Source of the DNA: an uncultured cyanobacterium
GTDB taxonomy: Bacteria > Cyanobacteriota > Cyanobacteriia > Cyanobacteriales > Nostocaceae
Direction: 5' to 3'
DNA length: 64,000 nt
Assembly: GCA_963740315.1 (NCBI GenBank)
Contig: CAVUDP010000002.1
Coordinates: forward strand, 448,001 to 512,000
Positions 1-10,887 of this stretch are shown in pieces. Position 1 is the stretch's first letter, and each line of letters begins with the position of its first letter. The notes under the pieces were generated by a model. That model did not search any database. It had not been told where the DNA came from and was given only the letters and a program-made list of their open reading frames with translations. The position numbers and the translations under genes were made by a program.

Positions 1-2
1 TA

Positions 3-434
3 AAATTCGCATCTGGAGTAGTTGCCAGATTAACCTGTAGTATTGTTGCACCTCACGACCATTCTTTAAAAATTATTGGCGATGAAGGTTTACTTGGCGT
101 TGATGATTGTTGGTTTTATGGAACCCCCGTTTATATTCGCCGCAGCCTTAACATAGGGCGTAAAAGACTCGAAGGTATTTGGAAGCAAAATTATCCTTTA
201 GTAAGGAAAGCGCCCAAATTTGGATATAGAGGCGCACAACAAATGGATTTCTGCCGGGGCGTTGCAGAAATGACTGATGCAATCATAGAAAACCGTCCCT
301 GTAGACTCTCATCTAATTTTTCGCTGCACAATAACGAACTTGTCTTAGCAATCCAAAACTCTTTAGAAACAGGTTCTTCTTATAAAATGACAACTTCTTT
401 CGAGCCTGTAGAGCCTATGGATTGGGCGGAGTAG
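3..434 (+). CDS. Gfo/Idh/MocA-family oxidoreductase, C-terminal part (5' end outside window)
   Basis: The frame is open from position 3 (KFASGVVARLTCSIVAPHDHSLKIIGDEG...) into ORF 243..434. The sequence resembles the C-terminal domain of Gfo/Idh/MocA enzymes. Confidence 0.7.
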   Translation, partial: KFASGVVARLTCSIVAPHDHSLKIIGDEGLLGVDDCWFYGTPVYIRRSLNIGRKRLEGIWKQNYPLVRKAPKFGYRGAQQMDFCRGVAEMTDAIIENRPCRLSSNFSLHNNELVLAIQNSLETGSSYKMTTSFEPVEPMDWAE

Positions 435-730
435 GGGATGGGGAGATGGGGGGGATGGGGAGATGGGGAGATGGGGGGGATGGGGGGATGGGGGGGATGG
501 GGGGATGGGGAGTACTTCGACAAGCTCAGTAACCTTTGGGGAGATGGGGGGATGGGGAGTACTTCGACAAGCTCAGTAACCTTTGGGGGGATGGGGAGAT
601 GGGGAAGAGGGGGAAGAGGGGGAAGAGGGGGAAGAGGGGGAAGAAAGAATTCCTAACTCCTCATTCCTAACTCATAATTCCCAATGCCCAATTCCTAACT
701 CTTGGTAACTGGTAACTGGTAATTGGTAAC
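434..730. repeat. STRR tracts (GGGGAGAT/GGGGGAAGA/GGTAACT types) with two embedded 23-bp SDR-like inserts
   Basis: Tandem 7-9-mers are directly visible. GAGTACTTCGACAAGCTCAGTAACC occurs at 510-534 and 557-581. Confidence 0.9.
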
Positions 731-1954
731 TGGTAACTGATAACTGTCAACTGGCTGCAATGTTTTGCTCATGATTTTGTATAGTTTTTGAGCTTCAATA
801 TTTAGATTAAATTCTGTTTCTACTTTATTTCTTCCTGCGGTGCCGAATTTATTTCTTAATTCGCAGTCATTGAGTAGTTTTTCAATGCTTTGGGTGAAAG
901 AATCTGTATCGCCAGCAGGTACGATATAGCCGCTAACATTGTTTTCTACTAACTCGCTGACTCCGGCGATTTGGGGAGCAACTACGGGTACTCCTGCTGC
1001 CATTGCTTCCATTAAGACTACGGGTACTCCTTCGGCAAAGCTGGATGAAACGAATACGTCGGTTTGCTCAAAGTATTCACGTACTTCCGCTTGTGATTTA
1101 TAGCCTACAAATTTTACATTGTCGCTCAAGCCTAAATCGGCAGTCATTTGCTCTAAATAAGTGCGATCGCTACCGTCACCAACTACTGTTAAAATCACAT
1201 CTGGATGCTGTTGCTTCAAAGAAAGCAAACTTTGTAAAAGAATCGGTAAGCCTTTGACAACGGTGAGTCTGCTGACAAAAAGTATGTGTTTCCCTTTCCC
1301 TTGATGAGATACTACTTTAAATAATGTCGGATCTATACCGCAGTGAACGATATGCATTTTATTCCATTTCTCTATAGGTGCAAATATCATCCCCTGACTG
1401 CGACAATAGTTACTAATACAACTTACAAATAAGGCTCTGTTTATTTTCTCATCCAGTCTCCAATGATACGGTTGAAAGAAAATATAGGGACCGTGTAATG
1501 TAAAGCTATAGCTAAAGCCTCCTAATTCTGCTGCTAACATGGCAACGCTACAGCTAGAATCTCCAAAATGGTTGTGTAGGTGCCCAATTCGTCTTTGTTT
1601 GATTTCTTGAGCAAGAATACCCGCTTCTAAAAAGTAGAATAATTGATAGAAGTTTCCGCGCAATCCATGTATTCGAGTTGACCAAGCCAATTTAAGTGCT
1701 TGGAAATATCTCTTTGGCGAACTTATTAATAAATTAAAATGCGATCGCGCTAATTTCAAAGGGCGTGGAGGGAGAATATAAAAAGTTTGATTTCGTTCTT
1801 GTTTTTGTTCTTCTCCCACCATATGTTCTTCACCAGTAGGGCGCACGGAAAATGTATGTATTTCTGCACCTTGTTGACGAAGTGCGGCAATTTCACGTTG
1901 AATAAAAGTATCTGTAGCTCTGGGATATTCTCCAGTTAAATAAGCAATTCGCAT
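695..1954 (-). CDS. Glycosyltransferase family 4 (WcaL-like)
   Basis: MRIAYLTGEYPRATDTFIQREI N-terminus, HNHFG, and the GT4 motif EGVPVVLMEAMA. Confidence 0.9.
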   Translation of the reverse strand: MRIAYLTGEYPRATDTFIQREIAALRQQGAEIHTFSVRPTGEEHMVGEEQKQERNQTFYILPPRPLKLARSHFNLLISSPKRYFQALKLAWSTRIHGLRGNFYQLFYFLEAGILAQEIKQRRIGHLHNHFGDSSCSVAMLAAELGGFSYSFTLHGPYIFFQPYHWRLDEKINRALFVSCISNYCRSQGMIFAPIEKWNKMHIVHCGIDPTLFKVVSHQGKGKHILFVSRLTVVKGLPILLQSLLSLKQQHPDVILTVVGDGSDRTYLEQMTADLGLSDNVKFVGYKSQAEVREYFEQTDVFVSSSFAEGVPVVLMEAMAAGVPVVAPQIAGVSELVENNVSGYIVPAGDTDSFTQSIEKLLNDCELRNKFGTAGRNKVETEFNLNIEAQKLYKIMSKTLQPVDSYQLPVTNYQLPVTKS

Positions 1955-2148
1955 AATTATCAATTATTAATTATCAAAAATTAGGAAATGGGCATTGGGC
2001 ATTGGGCATTGCTCACGGAGTTAGGAGTACTTCGACAAGCTCAGTAACCTTTAGGAGTTAGGAGTTAGGAATGAAGGATTTTCTACTTCCTCCCTATCTC
2101 CCCATCTCCCTATCTCCCCATCCCCTTCCCCCTCTCCCTCCTCTCATC

Positions 2149-3183
2149 TCAAGAATTTACGGAAGTTGCGTTTGCTGCACTTAGTAAATCAATATCGCTG
2201 CAACTGCGTTTTAAAGCTTCATCTAACGAATACAAGGGCTGCCAATTCAATATCTCCTGGGCATTTTGATTGCTATAGCGAAAAGGTTTAAAACGGGCTT
2301 CTAGTTTTGCTGGTACGAAGATTCCGGGTAGCTTGATTTTTCCTAAAAATAGCATTTTGTTGGATAACCAAGCACTGCGAGATAATAAACGCATCAATGT
2401 CCAATTAATCCCAATTGTGGAAGGCTGACGGGGTAGCAGTTTTATTATTTTTTCGGCATAAACTTTTTGTGTTGGTAAATCCGAGTCAACAATATTTAAA
2501 GTCTTACCGATAGCTTCTTTCTGAGATAGAGCGCTAACTATTGCACTCGCGCAGTTTTCTACATAAGTAAGGGGAAGTTGGGCGTTTCCACCAATGCGAA
2601 TCCACAGACGATTTTTGAGGTTTACTCCTAAATGGGCGTTCCATAAATTGTTTCTTCCGTAAACTATCCCCGGACGGAGAATTGTAACTTCTCCCTGATT
2701 TTTCATTTCAAAATCTCGAAACAGATTTTCTTGAATCAGTTTAGTTTGGGCGTAAACATCTCTATCTAAAGGCTGACTTTCGATGGGCGAATCTTCATTG
2801 ATAATTTCGCGATCGCCAATGTGTAAGTAATCGAAGACGCTAAACGTACTTATTGCCACCAACCGTTTGATATTTACTGCTACCATTGCTTTCAGTAAAT
2901 TTTCGGTAGCGCTAACGGTATTTGCATACTGCGTATCGTAGCTGCCCTGTTTGGCTGCGGCTAAATGCACTACGGTGTCTATGTCTTTTAAAGCATTGTC
3001 CAGTCCTTTTGATTGGGTTAAATTAATACGGATTAATTCTAGATTGTTAGAATTGCGCCAAGGTAAACGTTTCTCATCGGAAGTATGTCTAATTGCGGCA
3101 CGTACTTGAAAACCGCGTCGTAATGCTTCAGTAACTACATACTTTCCTAAAAAACCAGATGCTCCTGTAATCAGTAGTTTCAT
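2149..3183 (-). CDS. NAD-dependent epimerase/dehydratase
   Basis: ITGASGFLG Rossmann motif and YxxxK (YAQTK). Start placed at MKLLITG. Confidence 0.88.
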   Translation of the reverse strand: MKLLITGASGFLGKYVVTEALRRGFQVRAAIRHTSDEKRLPWRNSNNLELIRINLTQSKGLDNALKDIDTVVHLAAAKQGSYDTQYANTVSATENLLKAMVAVNIKRLVAISTFSVFDYLHIGDREIINEDSPIESQPLDRDVYAQTKLIQENLFRDFEMKNQGEVTILRPGIVYGRNNLWNAHLGVNLKNRLWIRIGGNAQLPLTYVENCASAIVSALSQKEAIGKTLNIVDSDLPTQKVYAEKIIKLLPRQPSTIGINWTLMRLLSRSAWLSNKMLFLGKIKLPGIFVPAKLEARFKPFRYSNQNAQEILNWQPLYSLDEALKRSCSDIDLLSAANATSVNS

Positions 3184-4056
3184 ATATCTACAAAATGAAG
3201 ATGTCTTTGATAAGGCTAATGTATTCATATTTTTTGTTAAATATTAAATATCAAATATGAAAGTTGAACTATGAAAAACTGAGAGAATGTATAAAATAAA
3301 CAGGTATTAAACTGGAAAATTGCTTGCAAAGTAAATCAAAGCTGAAGCTTGTGTTAGGGCTACCCTAAAGCAACAGCAAACTTCCATCCGTAAGATTTTC
3401 AATACAGCAAGATAAACTTTTTTTGGTGTTAAAGATGCGGCGTAAAAGTAGGCAAGTATTGATTAATTAACCATCAATTAAAAAAAACCATCGTAATCGT
3501 AAAATACTCTCGTTTAAGATTTAAGCACTTTAACGTCCTCAAGGCTACTATCTCACCTCACTATGAAACTAAATCCTTAAACATCGTAATATAGCTGCTT
3601 TTTAAGTTAATAATGACAATAAAATTATGCCAATCTGGCAATAATCTTTACAATAACTTTAAAAACAATATTCTTTCTACATCGAAAATTTATATTCAAA
3701 AAGGTGAAAGTAATTTTACTTTGAAAAGAGATTATGCTATTGTTTCATATGTTTAAAGATAATGTAAACTTAATTAAATAGGCGTATTTATTATTTACAT
3801 TAGGATTTAAAAGGTTAGCAATAGCCTGATTATGAATGATTTTCGTCTATAACCAATTGGTTATGTTAACGGCATAATTTTTTTGCCATTTAGAGGTATT
3901 TAGCTAAAGCGACATTCAATCTTGTTTCTAGGAACGATAGTTGTCTAAAGAAATTAGATTTTAGTGAGAGGAAATTAGAAGCATAGCGGCAAAACAGCTT
4001 AATTCAGATAGTTCTACGACGGCGAGTTTATTCGCATAGGTATTATAAATATTGTT

Positions 4057-5397
4057 ATGGCATCTTTGAAAAAGCTTGCTTACCGGGGTGCAATCTGGAC
4101 GATTGCAGGTTACGGATCGAGTCAAGTAATGCGCTTCGGCAGTAACCTGATTCTGACTCGCTTGTTAGTGCCAGAGTATTATGGTCTGATGACTGTGGTC
4201 AATACGCTGAGAATGGGTATAGAGCTATTCTCAGACGTTGGTATCCCTCAAAGTATTGTCAACAATGAAGCGGGTGATGAACCTAGTTTTCGGAATACAG
4301 CTTGGACGATGCAGGTAATTCGTGGTTTTTTACTATGGTTTGTTTTCCTGCTAATTACCGTTCCAGCAGCGAATATTTACGACGATCGCCGTTTGCTGTG
4401 GTTGATTCCGGTGATGGGGTTTTCTTCAGTAATTGATGGTTTTAGTTCAACGACTATATATACTTTCCAACGCCGTTTAGACTTAGGTAAGTTAACCAAG
4501 TTTGATTTCATCATACTGATATTAACAATCTTGACTATGATTACTTGGGCTTGGTTTAGCCCTAGTGTCTGGGCTTTAGCGATGGGAGTAATTGCAGGAT
4601 CGATTTACAGAACTATAGGTAGTCATTTGTTGATACCGGGATATAAGAATCGTTTTGCTTGGAATCAGGATGCACTTCGAGAAATTATTTCCTTTGGTAG
4701 ATTGATGTTAGTCGCGACTGCACTTATGTTTCTAGGGGAACAAGCGGACAGGCTAATTCTCGGTAAGCTGTTTACTTTTGAAACCCTGGGTATTTATTCG
4801 ATAGCTTATACTTTGGCGAGCATACCGCGAGAAACGATCAAAAAACTCAGTTATAGAGTTATTTTCCCGGCAATTTCCAACCAAGCCAACATCCCACGCT
4901 CGACTCTACGATCCAAAATTCTTCGTCAACGTCGAATAGTAATCTTTTCATTTGCAGTTTCCATTGCTGCTTTAGTGACTGTTGGAGATTTAATTATTGC
5001 TACTCTCTACGATAAAAGGTACTCTGAAGCTACTTGGATGATGCCGATTCTGTGCTGTGGCATTTGGTTTTCTCTGTTATTTTATACAATTAGCCCCGCT
5101 CTTTTAGCAATCAAAAAACCGCTATATTCTGCTCAAAGCAATCTGGCTCGGTTTGTGGTTATTGCTGTTGGATTACCTTTAGCTTTTTATCGTTTTGGTA
5201 ACGTCGGAGCAATTATTGCGATCGCAATTAGCGATTTCCCTTTATATATTGTCAATCTTTGGGGACTCAAACAAGAGAAGTTATCCTGTTTTGCTCAAGA
5301 CGTTAAAGGTACAGCCTTTTTTGTTGGCATACTTGCTTTATTTCTCTTCATCCGCCATTCTCTTGGTTTTGGACTTCCAATTCAATCCATACTTTAA
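4057..5397 (+). CDS. Oligosaccharide flippase (Wzx family)
   Basis: Multi-TM protein with LILTRLLVPEYYGL and ADRLILGK motifs, in a polysaccharide cluster. Confidence 0.88.
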   Translation: MASLKKLAYRGAIWTIAGYGSSQVMRFGSNLILTRLLVPEYYGLMTVVNTLRMGIELFSDVGIPQSIVNNEAGDEPSFRNTAWTMQVIRGFLLWFVFLLITVPAANIYDDRRLLWLIPVMGFSSVIDGFSSTTIYTFQRRLDLGKLTKFDFIILILTILTMITWAWFSPSVWALAMGVIAGSIYRTIGSHLLIPGYKNRFAWNQDALREIISFGRLMLVATALMFLGEQADRLILGKLFTFETLGIYSIAYTLASIPRETIKKLSYRVIFPAISNQANIPRSTLRSKILRQRRIVIFSFAVSIAALVTVGDLIIATLYDKRYSEATWMMPILCCGIWFSLLFYTISPALLAIKKPLYSAQSNLARFVVIAVGLPLAFYRFGNVGAIIAIAISDFPLYIVNLWGLKQEKLSCFAQDVKGTAFFVGILALFLFIRHSLGFGLPIQSIL

Positions 5398-5612
5398 GTA
5401 GTGACATTTTGAGCGTTGAAGGGAATTCAAAATAATTGGATTACTCGAATCCAAGCTGAGAATATTCTCACTAGTCTAGATATTTAAAGATTACCTCTTG
5501 GGATAGATTGCAAACAGTAAATCCGATCAACTAGGTTAATCTTTAACCGAATCAAAATAAAAAATAAATAGATTTACCGATTTTATTAACAGAAAACTTG
5601 CGGAGGAAAGCA

Positions 5613-6383
5613 ATGAGTTTGGTAGATACAAACGTTAAATCTTTTAATCTTACTACCCCAAAAATTAGATACGAGCGTTTTAGGGAAAAGTGGATAGCAT
5701 ATCACCGCGAGATTGTGAAAAAAATAGCAGCCGAGCCTGGTGTCAAAACAATTTGTGAAATTGGTGGTGGAGCAAATCCATTTCTAGAATTAGATTTTGT
5801 ACGAAGCAACGGGTTAGAATACACTATCCTTGATATTTCAGCAGACGAACTTGCAAAAGCTCCCGATAGTTATAATAAAATAGAGGCAAATATTGCAGAT
5901 CCAAATCTGAATTTACCGGGAAAATACGATTTAGTTTTTAGTCATTTTCTTGCAGAACACGTTGAAAATGGTTTGGTTTTTCACAGAAACGTATTCAATC
6001 TTTTGCAAGAGAATGGACGGGCTTTTCACGTATTTCCTACTCTTTACGCTCCTCCGTTTGCAGTCAATCATTTATTACCGGAAAACTTATCTTCGGATAT
6101 CTTACTTTTGTTTTTCCCTCATCGAGAGAAGCAAGGTAAATATGGGAAGTTCCCGGCTTATTACAGTTGGTGTAGAGGACCAATAAAAAGTCAAATCGAT
6201 AAATTTGAAAGTCTTGGTTATTCCATAGAAGAATATGTTGGATTTTACGGACATCCGTATTACAAGAAACTACCACCTTTACAGAAATTAGCTGATTCTT
6301 TAGCAGGTTTTCTAGAGAAAAATCCAAATCCTTTGTTAACAACTTATGCTTACGTTGTTTTAAGTAAAAGTTCTCAGAGTTAA
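5613..6383 (+). CDS. Class I SAM-dependent methyltransferase
   Basis: EIGGG motif I, LDIS, YDLVFS, EH. A GGAGGA ribosome-binding site precedes ATG 5613. Confidence 0.8.
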   Translation: MSLVDTNVKSFNLTTPKIRYERFREKWIAYHREIVKKIAAEPGVKTICEIGGGANPFLELDFVRSNGLEYTILDISADELAKAPDSYNKIEANIADPNLNLPGKYDLVFSHFLAEHVENGLVFHRNVFNLLQENGRAFHVFPTLYAPPFAVNHLLPENLSSDILLLFFPHREKQGKYGKFPAYYSWCRGPIKSQIDKFESLGYSIEEYVGFYGHPYYKKLPPLQKLADSLAGFLEKNPNPLLTTYAYVVLSKSSQS

Positions 6384-6573
6384 AACGTAAATTCTATATT
6401 TCTACGATTTAATTGTCAGGGTGGCTAAATAATAGTCCACCCTTAAAGAGCTTATTTAACATTCCAACTGTTTCCAAATTTGCTTTTTAATTCAAATTTT
6501 CAGATTTTATACCCACTTCCTAATATCAAATTCCTACTCTTTAAGATTCAGTCAATTTAGTTATTGGTAATAC

Positions 6574-7917
6574 ATGATGACAATGGCACAAATTAACGAT
6601 AATCAAAAACCATTGCGAGTAATATTAGTAGCAGAAAATGTATCTCGCCGCATGGGTGGTGAGTCGGGTAAAAATCTTTATTATTTTCATCTTTTTCAAG
6701 AGCGGGGAGTTGACTTACAGATAGTTTGTCACGCAAGAGTTAGAGACGAACTTCGTCAAGAGTTTCCTGACGATCGAGATTTTAATAAATTCCATTTTAT
6801 TGAAGACAATTGGCTGCAAATATTGGTGTGGCGAATTGGTAAATTATTTCACTATCGGATTGAAGATTTAATCTTTTTGCAAATAGTGCATTGGATTACT
6901 CAAATCCGCGCTCGAAAATTGGTCAAAGCACTAATTAAAAAGCAAAATATTGACATAGTATTCCAACCTTCGCCGATTACTCCCAAAGGATTAAACTTTA
7001 TGTACGATCTTGGCGTACCAGTAGTACTTGGTCCTTTGGCTGGTGGCGTTGATTTTCCACCAGCTTTTCGCTACATGGATTCTAAATTTGCTGCGGTGTC
7101 GGTGACTTTGGGAAGGTTATTCTCAAACATATTACATCGATTTGTGCCGGGTAAATTAAAAGCGGAAACTTTAGTTGTTGCTAATCCTCTTACCTTAGAA
7201 TCTTTACCAACTGGATGCCAGGGAAAGATTTATCAAGTAATTGAGTGTGGAGTCGATTTAGATATTTGGCAACCGAGACAACCAAATACCAATCCTGAGA
7301 AACCAGTTCGTTTTGTATATTTAGGTCGTTTTGTTGATTGGAAAGGAATTCAGTTTTTAATTGATGCTTTTAAGCAAGTAGCTGACAATACAAACGCCGT
7401 TTTAGAATTAATTGGAGACGGAGAATTACGCCCAGATTTAGAAAAGCAAGTTACTAATTTAGGTTTAGAAAATAGCGTCAACTTTCACGGCTGGATGAAA
7501 CGCGAACAAGCTTCAATTTTGCTTTGCGAATGCGATGTATTTGTGATGCCTTCTTTACGCGAAGCTGGTGGTAATGCAGTTTTAGAAGCGATGGCGTTAG
7601 GATTACCCGTGATTGCAACAAAATGGGCAGGTCCTGCTAATACCCTACATCCCGATTGCGGTATTTGGGTTGAGCCGACTTCGGTAGAAGTTTTTGTGAA
7701 TGGCTTCGCACAAGCGATGATTAAACTTGCTAATTCATCAGAATTGCGCCATCAAATGGGAGAAGCTGGTCCCAAACGAGTGCGTACCAACTATTTTGAT
7801 TGGGATTCCAAAGTAGATAGGATTATTGAAATTTTCTACGAAACCCTTTCAGGCCAGCCAGAATCTCAAAAAACTTGGCAACCTGATATAACTTCTCCTT
7901 CTTTGTATTTAAAGTAA
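6574..7917 (+). CDS. Glycosyltransferase family 4
   Basis: GRFVDWKG and EAGGNAVLEAMALG (ExxxxxxxE) motifs. Confidence 0.9.
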   Translation: MMTMAQINDNQKPLRVILVAENVSRRMGGESGKNLYYFHLFQERGVDLQIVCHARVRDELRQEFPDDRDFNKFHFIEDNWLQILVWRIGKLFHYRIEDLIFLQIVHWITQIRARKLVKALIKKQNIDIVFQPSPITPKGLNFMYDLGVPVVLGPLAGGVDFPPAFRYMDSKFAAVSVTLGRLFSNILHRFVPGKLKAETLVVANPLTLESLPTGCQGKIYQVIECGVDLDIWQPRQPNTNPEKPVRFVYLGRFVDWKGIQFLIDAFKQVADNTNAVLELIGDGELRPDLEKQVTNLGLENSVNFHGWMKREQASILLCECDVFVMPSLREAGGNAVLEAMALGLPVIATKWAGPANTLHPDCGIWVEPTSVEVFVNGFAQAMIKLANSSELRHQMGEAGPKRVRTNYFDWDSKVDRIIEIFYETLSGQPESQKTWQPDITSPSLYLK

Positions 7918-8363
7918 AGTAAGAACTTCAAAAACTTGTATAACCTTGTAGGGGCAATTTTCAATTTGCTCTTGCGAGGTTTTTTGCATTTGTCGTCAAA
8001 ACTCAAAATTCATTGCTTTAAACTGCTATGGACTTTTCCAAAGACATTATTTTAATCTTATCGAACAAACGCAATACTATCAACTTCATATTATTTTTTA
8101 CACAAAGAATATAAGTGATTAGTTCGATTTAACAGCTTTATGGCTTGATATCTAGTTACTGAAACCCTATTGGTAACTATGTTTCGCAGTTTATACTTTT
8201 AGCTAATTATATGTCTTTCAAGTTATTAACAAATTTTAATACTTGTTTTATTTTTAACTCTGTTATGATATAAACACTTACTAATTAGATAAAAACTAAA
8301 CTACAGTTATACTGGAATGGTAAATAAAGTAATTCAATTTCGTAAAATGAATTAAAAAATTAA

Positions 8364-9497
8364 ATGACATATCATTTAGCTCTCAGCAGTTGTTTTGATT
8401 TAGAGAATATCAAACAAGATGCTCAGGTTGGTAAACGCCCTGCTCATGTCATATTCGATATCAGTCGGCTGTTAAATGCACAAATACATCAGCCAAACAA
8501 AGATTTTTTGTTACCGATACATTTCGTCTATGAAAAGATTATAGGATGCAGACGTTATTGGTCTTTAGCTCGCGAGCTATCTTCTACACTGAGGTCTGAT
8601 GACGTAGTTTATTGCACCGATGAAAACGTAGGATTACCGATTGCTGCACTTTGCGGAGTCAGAGAAAATGGACCGAAAGTAGTTGTGTTTGTACATAATC
8701 TCAACAGACTGCGGGGACGTTTGGCATTGAAGTTGTTTGAAATCGGAAAGCGCGTCGATTTATTCATCACAGCGAATCAAGAGCAAGCTGATTTTCTACG
8801 AGATTATCTGGATTTACCCAAAAATCGCGTTTGTCTATTTCCCTATCAACCTACAGACACATCATTCTTTACGCCTTCTTTTGCTTCGTCACATAAATCG
8901 CGTCCATTAATTGTTAGTGGAGGTTTGGAACAACGGGATTATCGAACTCTTGCAAGAGCAACGCAATCTCTAAACGTTGATGTGAAAATTTGCGCTGTCT
9001 CTCCGACTAAAACCGTTATTTCGCAGACTTTTCCCAAAGTTATTCCTGCAAATATGTCTTATCGCTACTATGATTGGAACTCTTTGGTGCAGCTTTACCG
9101 CGATGCTGACATTGTTGCGATCGCGCTTTACCCAAACAATTTTCAAGCAGGTTTATCTACTCTGTTTGAAGCCCTTGCTTGTCGAAAGCCAGTCATCATC
9201 ACTCGTGCGCCAGGAATCATCCAAGAACTAATTGATTCAAAAGCGGTTTTGGGCGTTAATCCCGGCGATTCCGAGGGTTTAAATCAAGCAATTAGCAGCC
9301 TGTTAGAAAATCCTAAACAGGGTGAAGCTTTAGCACAAAAGGGTTATCAGTTGGTACTTGAGCGGTACAACTGCCAAATCTATGTCAAAGCTTTGGTTGA
9401 GCAATTGACCAATATTTATAGCGATCGGTTGAGTGGATTACAGTTAGAACTTTCCCTTAACTCTGCTTTGGTAAAGGCTTTGAACTCGGAAGAATAA
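8364..9497 (+). CDS. Glycosyltransferase family 4
   Basis: GLEQRDYRTL and AGLSTLFEALACRKPVI, typical of a GT-B C-terminal domain. Confidence 0.82.
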   Translation: MTYHLALSSCFDLENIKQDAQVGKRPAHVIFDISRLLNAQIHQPNKDFLLPIHFVYEKIIGCRRYWSLARELSSTLRSDDVVYCTDENVGLPIAALCGVRENGPKVVVFVHNLNRLRGRLALKLFEIGKRVDLFITANQEQADFLRDYLDLPKNRVCLFPYQPTDTSFFTPSFASSHKSRPLIVSGGLEQRDYRTLARATQSLNVDVKICAVSPTKTVISQTFPKVIPANMSYRYYDWNSLVQLYRDADIVAIALYPNNFQAGLSTLFEALACRKPVIITRAPGIIQELIDSKAVLGVNPGDSEGLNQAISSLLENPKQGEALAQKGYQLVLERYNCQIYVKALVEQLTNIYSDRLSGLQLELSLNSALVKALNSEE

Positions 9498-9639
9498 TTT
9501 GAGAATTTGCTTGTACACCACATCTATATACAGGGTTGCATCGCTATATTCGTTTCAGGTTTTTTATTCTTGCTACGTTACTGTACGAAATTGATTTTGT
9601 AGATAACTTTATATAGCCCTTTTCGCTTGACTAAAATAC

Positions 9640-9730
9640 AAACCTATCCCCCAGCCCCTTCTCTACGAGGGAAGGGGAGCAAGATTTAAAGCCTCTCTCC
9701 GCATCCGGAGCTATGTTTGGAGAGAGGTTG
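9640..9730. repeat. Dispersed palindromic repeat (CCCCAGCCCCTT...GGAGAGAGGTT family)
   Basis: Hairpin-rich. A similar copy lies inside cbiD at 49611-49690. Confidence 0.75.
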
Positions 9731-9792
9731 AAACTATATTGCACCCAACTCTAAATAAAAAGACATTGCACTGCAACGTCTTCGACGGTAAA

Positions 9793-10007
9793 TAAGTAGA
9801 TGGACAAAAAGATTTACCGTCATTGCGAGCGAAGCGAAGCAATCCCAAGCCTTGCGATGAACCGCACCCTCCGGGTGAATGTTTCGTTCCATTCCCTCTC
9901 TAGGGAACACTCCGTGTATCGCCTTTCAGGCGACGCAAGCAACAGCGCGGCACGACTCGTTAGAGTAACGCAATGACAATATATAATTAATTTTGCCTAA
10001 GCACTTA
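9793..10007. mobile_element. MITE-like element carrying a GTCATTGCG...CGCAATGAC hairpin with nested inserts
   Basis: Imperfect inverted ends TAAGTAGATGGACAAAA / TTTTGCCTAAGCACTTA. Same architecture as 32089-32218. Confidence 0.7.
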
Positions 10008-10027
10008 ATCTGTTGATTGTTAGGACA

Positions 10028-10528
10028 TTAATTATTTTTCTGATGTAAAATCGGCATGGTAAATAAACCCCAAGCCAAACCTGTAATTAAACCAAACGGC
10101 ATAACAATAGGATTTTGAAAACTCCACCAGCCAAAAATTTGGGCTGCCATTTCCAAGGGATACGCCATCATTAATACGGTTGATATCGCCGCACCATTCC
10201 AACCGTATTGATGCAGCCAGTAAAAACTATTTCCTTTATCCGTAATATACAGCATCCTAGTAGCAAATAAACCCATAACCGTACCGTAACAGCGCATACA
10301 TACAGCCATGATGAAGGGTGGTGCTAACTCAACTCCCATATGAGGTTGAGGGCAGACATGATGACCCATGAAATAAATAATGTTTGCAATAGTCGGTAAA
10401 ATTGGCAACCCGGAAGCAGCAAGAAAGGGAGCGGCGATCGGTCCGATTATCATTCCTGTGAGTAGGAAGTCGGCAATAAAGCTTACGGGGTTGATTTGGA
10501 GTTGTTTGTTGGAAGTTGTTAGCTGCAT
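10028..10528 (-). CDS. DUF2085-family membrane protein
   Basis: VCPQ...MAVCMRCYG motif with TM helices. Start uncertain. Confidence 0.75.
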   Translation of the reverse strand: MQLTTSNKQLQINPVSFIADFLLTGMIIGPIAAPFLAASGLPILPTIANIIYFMGHHVCPQPHMGVELAPPFIMAVCMRCYGTVMGLFATRMLYITDKGNSFYWLHQYGWNGAAISTVLMMAYPLEMAAQIFGWWSFQNPIVMPFGLITGLAWGLFTMPILHQKNN

Positions 10529-10887
10529 TTTATATAAACTTGCTTTTGTTAGTGGTTTTTTAGTTTGTAATTTCATTTTGGCAAAAGCAACCCACTTATA
10601 ACATCTCATCGCTCGCAGGGAGGAGAGCAATAATAGCGATCGCGGTTAGTTTTGAGAAAATTATACTGATATTAGTGGGATTTAGACGAACAGTCTTCTG
10701 TTTTGTGATTTGTTTGCTATTAAGCGTATTGCTACTAATGGTAGAATTACGTAAACGAATCTCTAGTAAAGTAAAATTAATAACTGAATATTTAAGATGA
10801 GTACTGTTTTAGATTAAGGGGAGATAAGTACTAGTTGTTTTGTGCGTATCGTAACAGTTTATAACTAAAAATTAAGAAATTATTGCT

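Noticed and set aside
438..656. 72-aa Gly/Trp-rich ORF
   Set aside because: Translation of STRR repeats.
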